From: Octopus sinensis
Taxonomy: Eukaryota
Assembly: GCF_006345805.1 (NCBI RefSeq)
Contig: NC_043003.1
Span: 20,832,001-20,896,000, forward strand
Direction of reading: 5' to 3'
Length of the DNA stretch: 64,000 nt
In this document: positions 11,945 through 24,100 of the stretch, piece after piece
Layout: each line of letters starts with the position of its first letter
How positions within the stretch are numbered: the first letter of the stretch is position 1
Notes under the pieces: generated by a model
Seen by the model: only the letters and a program-made list of their open reading frames with translations
The model's database searches: none
What the model was told of the DNA's origin: nothing
Position numbers and translations under genes: made by a program

Positions 11945-14900
11945 TTTCATGTCAGGGAAAAGCACCACTGATGCCATATTTCTGGTGAGACAGCTGCAGG
12001 AGAAATACCTAGCCAAAGATAAGCCCTTGTACCTGGCTTTCGTTGACATGGAGAAAGCCTTTGACAGGGTCCCCCGATCCCTTATCTGGTGGTCAATGAG
12101 GAAACTAGGGATAGATGAATGGCTGGTGAGGGCTGTGCAAGCCATGTACAGGGATGCTGTAAGTAAGGTAAGGGTTGGCAACATGTACACAGAAGAATTC
12201 AAAGTAGAGGTTGGGGTCCACCAGGGTTCAGTACTCAGCCCCCTCCTATTTATCATAGTCCTCCAGGCAATTACGGAGGAATTCAAGACAGGTTGCTCCT
12301 GGGAGCTCCTATATGCTGACGACCTTGCTCTAATTGCTGAGTCACTGTCAGAACTGGAGGAGAAGTTCCGGGTGTGGAAGGAGGGTCTAGAATCGAAGGG
12401 CCTTAGAGTCAACCTAGCTAAAACCAAAGTACTAATAAGTAGGGAGGTAGACAATCCACAAATGTCTTCAGGAAGATGGCCCTGCTCGATCTGTAGAAAA
12501 GGTGTAGGTAGAAACTCTATAAGATGTACCCAGTGTAAGCTATGGACACATAAGAGGTGCAGCAATGTCAAAGGAAGGCTAACTGGGAAGATAGTTTTTG
12601 TATGTGGCAGATGCTCAGGAGCAATAATCTCTGAAAATCTGCAGAAAACAACTTCCGTCACTTTCCAGGGGGAAAAACTAGAAGTAGTTGATAGCTTCCA
12701 TTATCTAGGTGACCAAGTCAGTAGTGGGGGTGGGTGCATTAAAAGTGTAACTGCTAGAGTAAGAATAGCCTGGGCAAAGTTTAGGGAGCTCTTACCTCTG
12801 CTGGTGACTAAAGGCCTCTTGCTCAGAGTAAAAGGCAGACTGTATGATGCATGTGTACGAACAGCCATGCTACATGGCAGTGAAACATGGGCCGTGACTG
12901 CTGAGGACGTGCGTAAGCTCGCGAGGAATGAAGCCAGTATGCTCCGATGGATGTGTAATGTCAGCGTGCATACTCGACAGAGCGTTAGTACCCTGAGAGA
13001 CATGTTGGACCTAAGAAGCATCAGTTGTGGTGTGCAAGAGAGACGATTGCGCTGGTATGGTCATGTGGTGAGAATGGATGAAGATAGGTGTGTGAAAAAG
13101 TGCCAATCCCTAGCAGTTGAGGGAACCCGTGGAAGAGGTAGACCCAGGAAAACCTGGGACGAGGTGGTGAAGCACGACCTTCAAACCTTGGGTCTCACTG
13201 AGGAAATGACCGGTGACCGAGACCTTTGGAAATATGCTGTGCGTGAGAAGACCAGGCAGGACAAGTGAGTCCAGCCCACTTATGCATGCCTTTCCCCCCT
13301 TGGACACACAAAGACCTGTTGAGGCAAGCGAAGTCGATATCGAACCTCATCCGATGACAGGCACCTATGGCAACCCCCCTTGCTTGCGAAGACCTGTTGG
13401 GGCAAGTGAAATCGAAATTGAACCAATCCTATGACTAGCACCTGGCAGATGCCAGGGCCCTGGGACTGGAGGTACGTAAAAAGCACTATCTGAATTGTGG
13501 CCGATGCCAGCGCCGCCTCGACTGGCTTCCGTGTCGGTGGCACGTAAAAAGCACCATCCGAATCGTACCGAAGCCAGTGCCGCCTCGACTGGCTTCCACA
13601 AAATGCACCAATCCGACCGTGGCCGATGCCAGCCTCGCCTGGCACCAGTGCAGGTGGCACGTAAAAAGCACCCACTACACTCACGGAGTAGTTGGTGTTA
13701 GGAAGGGCATCCAGCTGTAGAAACGTTGCCAGATAAGACCGGAGCCTGGTGCAGCCTTCTGGCTTCCCAGATCCCCGGTCGAACCGTCCAACCCATGCTA
13801 GCATGGAGAACGGACGTTAAACGATTATGATGATGATGATATGTATGTGTGTGCATATGTTTTTTTGTCTGTGTTTGTCCCCCAACATCACTTGACAACT
13901 GATGCTGGTGTGTTTACGTCCCTGTAACTTAGTGGTTTGGTAAAAGAGATCAATAGAGTAAGTACTATGCTTACAAAGAATAAGTCCTGGGGTCGATTTG
14001 CTCGACTAAAGGTGGTACTCCAGCATGGCCACAGTCAAATGACTAAAACAATTACACAAGTAAAAGAGTGTAATCATCCTATGATACCAAGACAAGGAGA
14101 CACATGCATACACACACATTTATATGGCAGGCTTCTTTCAGTTTCCATCTACCAAATCCATCTGACAAAGTTTAGGTCAGCCCAAAGACACTTTCCCAAG
14201 GTGCCATGCAGTGGGACTGAATCAAATAGCAAATAGTCAAGAAGCAAATTTCTCACACAGCCATGCTTGCACTTATATTAATATTTTAATAATTTTATAC
14301 ATGTGAAATAAACAAGATCAATTCGTTGACAACCAATTTAAGATTTACATCCATGGATTAAATATAGAACTGTATCATATCCATAGACTTTTTTTTGTTA
14401 CATACCTAATATTATAAAAGTTTCTTATTGTTAAATGTCCAATTTAGATAAATGTTATGAACTTACTTCCAAAGCCTGGACAATTAATTAGAAGTGATGG
14501 TGAACCAAAGACAGGGCAGATGAGAGCATCCAATTTCTGTTTTTGCATAGCGTCAGCAAACTCTTTGTCATAATCCTGAAACATAAGAGAACAGCCAATA
14601 ATAAATAAAGATTTTAACAATCTTAACAATAAAACTCTTTATTTCATGTCTACACACACACACACACCTACACACATTCACTTGGAGTTCACAAAGTATG
14701 TAAATTAATTTAATATATAGGGGCAGTAGTAGCTGTGTGGTAAGAAGCTTGCTTCCCAACCACATGGTTCTTGGTTCAGTCGCACTTTGGGTAAGTGTCT
14801 TCTACTATAGCCGCAGGCCATCCAAGCCTAGTGAGTGTATTTGGTAGACGGAAACTGAAGGAAGGCCCTAGCATATGTATATCTGTATATATATAGGAAT

Positions 14901-15100
14901 TATTTGTGTAATGAGATAAAAAACCAAGGATGTATAGATATTAGAGCAGAACCAATGTTGAACCCTTTATTCATAATATTACCGAATCTGGAACTTAACT
15001 ATGGTCTGTCTATAGCACTTATTCAGAATAACCTGACACCTTTGGGTCTCAATGACATCACTATCTCTTATAACCTCAACTTCTCGCTAATATATGTATG

Positions 15101-15146
<46 letters not shown>

Positions 15147-16491
15147 TATGTCAGGTCACTTTCGTGTGCTACTGGTGACATGTAACCCAGTACAACCTGT
15201 TGCATGGTCAGGCCATCAACAACTAAACCGGCAACCCCACCAAGCTTGCTTGGTGAGGAGGGTGATTATTGGACACCCTGCGCGATGAAAAACAAAACCC
15301 GTCAAAGGACGGAGGAATTCTTGAGAGTCAATGGCCATCCAATAAATGTGTATTTTTTTTTCTCTTAAGACTTAAGGCTGTAACATGCGAGGGGACATAG
15401 AAATAATCAGACTGAATACCCGATCACGTGGTTAAACCATTGGGAGCGAAGGATACCTAGCTTTGTTAGGGCATCCTTCTAGGAGAAGGTAACTCAGGTT
15501 CTTCTTTTCGGATTATGGCTACTGTTGCTTAGTGAGTCGGATTGACTCAGTGCACAGCCTTTCCTCACTTTAAAAAAATCTTCTTGCACAGGCATTGCAT
15601 GATAACAACATTGTTTATGATTGTTGATGGTGCTGTGAGTTTCAACTGAATGGCTGGCTGTAGCCTTAAAAAGCAAATAAAAGTCACATTCGATCACAGC
15701 ACCAATAACAGTTAAGCTTCGTGCAATGGCCATACTCAATAACGAGGGGGTAGCCATCATATATATATATATGTCTGTATGTCTTGGTGTCTGTGTTTGC
15801 TCCCCGCCCATCACTTGACAACCGATGTTGGTATGTTTATTCCCCCATAACTTAGTGCTTCAGCAAAAGAGGCTGATAGAATAAGTACTAGGCTTATGAA
15901 AAATAAGTCCTGGGGTCAATATCTTTGACTAAAACCTTTTAAGGTAGTACTCCAGCATGGCTGCAATGAAATGTCTGAAATATGTAAAAGAATACAAGAA
16001 TACCATATTTGATGACATATTACATACATTCCAGCCAGAATATTAAATGTATCCCAATTAGATGTGACCAGGCCAGTGGCAGAAAACAGTGGTGGTTAGA
16101 GAGATTATTAGAATATTGGATACATCCGGATTTCAGCAGTACATATTCAGGACAAAATAAATGCTTTTAGTGCATTAAAGCATGTGATATAGACCCAGCT
16201 TTGCATATAGGACCAGGAGTGATTCTTTTTTTAAACGTTTTTTGGAAAAGAATTGTGTCCTACATGCCATATATTGATAAGTAACCCTGCCTGTTATATG
16301 GGGGACCAGGCTTTGATTACCTACCAGGGAGACTAGAAATTTTTTAGGTGCAAGCACGGGTGCTTCTCAACCTCATGGTTCCAGGTTCAGTTACACAGCA
16401 TGGTGCCTTGGACAAATGTCTTCTACTATATCCTCGGGACAACCAAAGCCTTGTGAGTGGATTTGGTGGATGGAAACTGAGAGAAGCCTGT

Positions 16492-16533
<42 letters not shown>

Positions 16534-19500
16534 AATGTATGTATGTATTTATGTATGTATGTATATATGCATATGTGTGTATGTATGTATATGCATATGT
16601 GTGTGTGTGTGTGTGTGTGTATCATATATATCTATGTTTGCAAGTGTCTTTGTGTCCCTCCCTTGTCACTGCTTCACAACCAGTGTTGGTGTATTTACAT
16701 CCCCATAACTTAGTGGTCCAGCAAAAGAGAACAATAGAATACTAGGCTTAAGAAATAAGTTCTGGAGCTGATTTGTTTGACTAAAACCCTTCAAGGCAGT
16801 GCTCCAGCATGACTACAGTTAAATGACAGAAACGATTAAAAGAAATGAATAAAAGAATTAAACATTTTTATTGCTTTTTCCTTATGTATTATCAACTGGA
16901 ACTAATTCAACAACATGTCCATCAAAAGAAGAATGGAATTTTAAACTGACTCACCTGTTTTTTATTCACCAAATTATATATGTCATCATGTTTTCTGGAA
17001 TTAAAAAAAAAAGGAGAGAAAATATTACTTTTGGTGACAAGATTATTCAAAACTCATGCTGGACCAATTTTAGTTTGATCATGGAAAGTTTACTAGCTTT
17101 GGTAATTCAGTTACAGAAACAGCAACAACACTAGTTGTTGGAATTTCAGAAACAACAGTAACTGTTAGTACAACTGATACAAAAGAAAACAGAAAATACA
17201 TCTAGTTTGTTTACCTCTGACACTGTCAAAAATTCGATGGGAGAGTTCGCATATAACCCAGAGGAGGACACTATCTTTTCTGCTTGCTTTAGAAGGTATG
17301 AGGAAAGTTTTAAAGAAGAGTGCTGTGACTGGCAAGACAAGAAAAAACTCAACTTTTGTTGAGAAAATTGGCACCAGCCGAGCATGAGGAATATTGCAAT
17401 TACATATTACCAAAGATAATGAGTGAAGTCTGTTTTGAAGAAATGGCAAATATTCTATCAAAGATTTTCTGCAAAAGAAGCTCTTTATTTAATACACACA
17501 AGCATGAATATTACAAGTAAATAGGATGAAGATTTTATTACATACATTGGAATCGTTAATGGGGAATGCGAGATATTTAAAATTAACAAACTAACACCAG
17601 ATATGTTTAAATGCTTAATATTTGTGCAAGGTTTAATAGCAAAGAAAGAGGAAGAAATTCTTAACTTAATTCTAGCTAAATTAGAGCAGAATCAGAAGCT
17701 AACACTACAAGAAATATCCGAAGAATGCCAGAAAATTATAAACCTAAGGCACAATACAGAACAAATTGAAGTGAGAAACTGCTCTCATATATAGTCTGTG
17801 TGACCAAATATAAGAAATGAAAAGCAGAAAATTAACCCTTTTGGATGTGGAGATTTACACTACAGATTCGACTGTCCTTATAAAACTCGAAAATGCTTCA
17901 AGCATGGTAAGTTAGGTCATAAAAAAATCACACAGTAAAATAAAACCTAGAAAATAGTTCAACAGAAAAAAATCATGTCATTAGTTTATCAGCAACAAGA
18001 AATACAAACAAGACTCGAAAGAAATTTATATATAAAAATTAATAATACAAATGTAAAATTACAATTAGATACAAGTAGTGGCATTACTTTAATTAATGAA
18101 AACACATGGAAAACAATTGTGAAACCAACACTACAAAAAAGCTTGAAGATTGCACGTGAGTCTCAGGGATTAAATTAATTTCTAAAGATGGAATTGTCTG
18201 TAACATTACAATTCACGATAAGACAATAAAAGCAAAAACTTATGTATTAAAAAATACAAGCAACCTTTTTGGAACTGAGTGGGTGAAACTGTTCAACTTA
18301 TGGGATTTACCCATAAATAATTTTTGTGAAAATGTAATGGGGTCGTGCACCAGTTCTAATACTGAATCAGAAAATTTGAAAACAGAAGAGAAAAGGTTGT
18401 TCCCTGATGTTTTCTCAGACAAGTTGGGTCAGTGCTATAAGTTTAAAGCAAAATTTCAGGTAAAAGAAAATTCAATACCAGTTTTCAAACTCAAATGTAA
18501 TGTATTGTTTGCAGCACTGGAACAAGTGAATAAGGAATTAGACAGACTAGAAAATATGGGAGTGATTGAAAAGATTGACTACTCATAGTGGGCATCTCTA
18601 ACAGTGTATGTTAAAAAGGAGAACAGTAAATTTCGTGTATGTGCAGATTTCTCAGCAGGACTAAACGGACGTTTAAGACAGTATAACTTCCCATTACCTA
18701 ACCCAGAGGAAATTGTTCTCAAAATTAGATCTTTCTGATGCTTACTTACAAAAACAAGTAGAAGATGAATATACTAAGCTGCTAAACATTAATACTGATA
18801 AGGGTCTGTACAAATTTAACCAGCTCCCATTTGGCATAAAAGTTGTTCCAGCTATACTCCAACAAGTGATAGATGCAATGCTTGCAGAGTGTGACTTCAT
18901 GATGGCCAACCTGGATGATATATCATTTAAAAGTGAATCCTGTGATCAGCATATCAAGCATGGGAAATGTATTTTTGAAAAAATAAAATATTACAGTTCC
19001 AAACTGGGTTAGAAGAAATGCAAATTTTTCTTGCCTAAAATAAAATACTTAGGAAAAATTATTGATAAAAATGGTCATTTACTAGATCTGTCAAGAGCAA
19101 ATGTGATTAAAAATATGCCCCCTTCCAACAAATATATCTACCTTACAAGCTTTTTTGGGACTTGCAAACTAGCATCAGATTATTATTATTATTATTTATT
19201 TATATACCAGATATGCACTAAATAATTTACTAAAAAAAAAGATGTAAAGTGGAATTGGTCTGAAAACTGTCAGAAGGCATTTGACAAAATTAAAAAGATA
19301 TTGACATCAGATTTGTCTTTAGTACATTTCGATCCTGCACTGTAGATTCTATTAGCTTTAGATGCCAGTGAGTATGGTATTGGAGCAGTAATTCTACATA
19401 AATACAAGGATGGTAATATGAAGGCCATGGCCCATACCTTGCATTCTCAGCAAGCCATAATAATGTTGGTAAATTTAGTTCATCACAACATGCAGTTGTA

Positions 19501-19797
19501 TGGATGCAATTAATATTGGATGAGATGAGTCTCCGTCATCAGAGTAGAGAAGATCATACATTTCAGATCTTAATGCAGAGAAGTTGAAAGATTATTATTG
19601 TTATTATTACTATATTTATCCCATATTATATTGGTACAGCTTGATGGAATCCCCCAAAACTGGTTCACCAGTCAGCATCATTAGACTGTGGCCAGTATAA
19701 TAGAATAGTATCTTTATTTGCATTATCAAAACATTTCCCATAAACAAATTTAAAAGATATGCATATATGTATATATATACATATATATATATATATG

Positions 19798-19836
<39 letters not shown>

Positions 19837-21023
19837 GCATACATATATACATACAGGAACAGGAAGTATCAACCAAGTACATGATGTACAAAAGGGATAA
19901 AGATGTGAGAAAAACTGTAAAATATGACAACCGATGCAGACTTGGTGGAATTCACACTGAAGATATCACCCACATCATAAGTAATTGTCCAAAAATGTCA
20001 TCCTGGTATTATCTACCGATGAGATATGGCATTGTAGCTAGGACACTCTATAATGAAATCTGTTGGAAGGATAATCCCAGGGACAAAGAAATAAAACCAA
20101 CAATATGGTAGAAGCCATAGCCACTCATAATGAAAAGGAATACTGGTGGAATGTACCAGTGAAGACCTCAATAAAATGTAAGCTCAACAGACCTGATATA
20201 ATGATTTGGGATAGAGAAGAGAAACTGTGCACAGTTGTGGAAATTAGCTGCCAGCAGATGTTAATATAAAACTGCTGAACTATTGAGAAATCTGCAGTTA
20301 CTCTATCCAGATTACAAGTTCAGATTTATACCTGTAATTATTGGGGCCCTGGGATATGTAACACACTGCCTAAATACCAATCTTGAGAAATTAGGCTTCT
20401 CAAAAGCAGAAAGGAGAAAGCTAATTTGAAGATTACAGATCCAATCCATCACTGGAACTGTAAAAATCTGTAAAACTTTCCAGAATTTTATCATTTGAAT
20501 ATATATGAGCATGTCTAGATATGTGACAGTATGCATGAGAATACATACATAAAACATGCAAATCTGCACATACATACATACATACATACATACAAAAATA
20601 CCCTGTTATTGATGCTGAAATTCCAATGAAGGAACCTTGGATCTAGGTTAGAAACCAATTCTTTCTCTATAGGCAAGAAATCTTGAAATAAACTGAATAA
20701 TGACATACATACATACATACATACATACATACATAAAGAGAGAGAAAGAGAGAGGAAGGAAAATATACAATCATATGCATAGTAACAAATTTCAAACTCA
20801 CGTCATTCCATCCATTACTGACAGGAATCGAGATGATGTTTTGTCCTGCAAAATAGTTGAAATTAACTTCAAGATGGGAAAATAATGAGAAACTAAAATA
20901 TCGGACAGACATTTTTAAAAAAGAATAATTTAGTTGTCTTTCTTTCCTTTTTATTTTTTAATTAATTTCACTGTCTGAAATAACTTATTGTGAAATTCCT
21001 TTTCTTTCACATATTTGTGATCG

Positions 21024-21076
<53 letters not shown>

Positions 21077-21150
21077 GTCATCATCATCATCATCGTCATC
21101 ATCGTCATCATCATCATCGTCATCATCATCATCATTGTCATCATCATCAT

Positions 21151-21183
<33 letters not shown>

Positions 21184-24100
21184 CATCATCGTCAACATCA
21201 TCATCGTCATCATCATCATCATCGTCATCATCATCATCATATCTGCTTTCCATGCTGGCATGAGTTGAATAAAAATATAAACATTCCTTTGTCAGGATTG
21301 AAACCCAAACCTCCTGGGTGAATCCCAGGACACCTACTACCCCCTAGACCACATGTGAAGTTAAATAGTGACGACAGCGATATCTAATATAGAATAATTA
21401 TTAGTACCACTCGCTGCATTTCTAGTGGCATGTATACGAAGAGAGTGTGATTTGAAAAAGGTATATTGCTGTTTCTAGCAAATCAAGTGACAATTTAGAG
21501 ATTTTCATTCAGAAGGTTGTGACTCACCCTAATTAAAACTTTTGTTATTTTATTTCTATATATATATATACTGCTTCTGTTTCAATTAATTTTTTAAATT
21601 ATGATGATATTAGTGAAATAACATTGTCATTATTAAGCTGGTTTCTGGAACAAATTAGCAAAATTTTGATGGAAGATTATAATATTCCTACGGGTACTCC
21701 ATCTGTTATGATGATGAGAGTTCCAGTTGGTTCGATCAACAGAAAAGCCTGCCCTGGAAATTAATGTGCAAGTGGCTGAGCACTCCACAGACATGCTACC
21801 TTTAATGTAGTTCTCAAGGAGATTCAGAGTGGCACATAATGTGACAAGATTGCACCTTTGAATTATAGGCACAACTCATTCTTACCAGGTGAGAAGACTG
21901 GAGCAATGTGAAATAAATTGTGTTGCTCAAAGACACAATGCACTACCAGGAATTGAACTTATGACCTTACAATCGTGAGCTGAATGCTCTAACCACTGAG
22001 CTATGCACCTTCACTTTAAACAGTAAGCCTGTCTCATAAAATCAGGAACAGTCTCAGGCAGGTTGGTATCAAAAGAGTTAAATAAGTGTAAGTAAAGTTT
22101 GAACTCTAAATCAAGATCAGCAATTTGGTTTCAAATTTTGGCAGAATTTCAGTAATTTCTGGGGAGGGACTAAGTCAATTAGATTGACCCCAGGGTTTAA
22201 CCCTTTCATTACCAACCCGGCTGAAACCGGCTCTGGCTCTGAGTACAAATGTCTTGTTTTCATAAGTTTTTAATTAAAATCTTCCACCAAACATTAGTCA
22301 CAATTTATGTTCCTAAAACTAGCTGAATGATAACTAAGTTATTTTACTAAATTCTTTGTTATATTTAAAGTAATTGAAAGAAACACAGAGCATATCAAAA
22401 TAAATACAGTAACGAAAGGGTTAGCAGGTAATTATTTTATCAACCCTGAAAGGACGAAAGGTAAATTTGACCTTAGCAGAATTTGAATTCAAAGCATAAA
22501 GACAGGACACCAGCACAGAAACAATTCTTCCAGCTCAACAGTTTTATCAAGATCAGCAGTTTGATCCATAACTTAACAGCATTTCTGCCCCATGGACATG
22601 ATTTTTGCATCTTACATTTACAGCAGTGCCCCAGCATGGCCACAGCATTAGGGCTGAAACATATTTAGGTAACCTTATTTGAATCCAGTGCCATCATGTT
22701 TTAATGAGAGTCATCTATAGTTATTTCCCCTGTCACATTGTTAGCAACTAGGTGGCGCTCGTTAATTAGCTATAAAAGATGTACACAGACAGGTAACATT
22801 CTCTTTCTCTCACACACTGCCTGCAACTAGCCACGGTTTCTCCATCTCTGTTCCTGCTACAAGACAACTTCTCGTTTATTTGAATTTTCTTAAATCCTCT
22901 CTCACCAGTCATGGAATGCAGCAAGACGAAAACTTTTCCTTATTCAAATTCCATTCTGTTCTATTGAATGTAAATGATCAGAATAAACCCCTCATGTACA
23001 TGAAGTCTTCACAAATCTCACGTGAGTTGTTGTTGTTCCTTACTGGATTGATTCTAACAGCAATCGAAGGATGACCAAACATTATATTAAATTAGCAGGC
23101 TAAAAACATGCTAAACATATAAAAGAATATAGCAGAAAAATATTTAGCATTTAGAAAAAATTACTTACCAAAGGGTAGATGAGGGCAGAAATAATTCTGT
23201 TAAATCCTTCAAACATCCTTTCCCATAACATTTCTTTACTTGGTTTTTCATGTTTTCTGAAAAAACAAGAGGGAGAAAAAAATATAAAGGCACAGGCATG
23301 GATGTGTGGTTAAGGAGCTTGTTTTACAACCATGTGGTTTCAGGTTCAGTCACTATGTATGGCACCTTCGACATACATCTTCTGTTATAGCATGAGGTTG
23401 ACCAATGCCTTGTGCATGAACTTGAGAGATGGAAAGTGTGCTCATCATGTGTGTGTGCGTGAGAGAGTGTGTGTGTATGTGTGAGAGAGAGAGAGTTTGT
23501 GTGTACAGATGAGTGTGCATGCGTTTTTATATTCCCCCACTCATTGCTACTTGACAACCAGTATTGGTTTGTTTATGTCCCTGTAACTTAGCAGTTCAGC
23601 AAAAGCAACTGATAGAATAAATACCTGACACAAAATATAAGTACTGGTGTCCATTTATTTGATTAAATTCTTCAAACCTCGACCGCACCATGGCTACAGT
23701 TCAATGATCAAAACAATTAAAAGATAAAATAAAAGATATATAGTAATATTCCTTTCTACTATAGACACAAGGCCAGAAATTTGAGGGGAGGGGCAAGTCG
23801 ATTACATTGACCCCAGTGTTCAACTGGCATTTATTACATTGACCCTCCCAAGAACATCTAAGGCAAAGTTGACCTTTGCAAAATTACAATATATAGTAAT
23901 ATTAGTTTCAAATTTTGGCACATGGTCAGCAATTTTAGGAGAGGGGTAAGTTGATTGCATTGACTCCAATGCTCAATGGGTCCTTATTTTATCAACTCCT
24001 AGAGTATGAAAGGCAAAGTCATCTTTGGCGGGATTTGAACTCAGATCGTAAAGATAGATAAAATGCTGCTAAGCACTTTGACAGACATGCTGACAATTCT

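Noticed and set aside
20600-20700. R4/Dong-like fragment as direct mobiliser of the (AAT)n-flanked element
   Set aside because: Its 3' end shares no visible sequence with either end of the 6183-6797 element, so the link is unsupported here.
20951-21268. Poly-Asp, poly-Met and poly-Ile ORFs (similarly poly-His/Gly/Pro at 33912-34372 and 38051-38395)
   Set aside because: Trinucleotide microsatellites inside FAAH introns; stop-free by composition.
22674-22714. 41-nt AG..GT candidate for a small FAAH exon
   Set aside because: Stop codons in all three frames.
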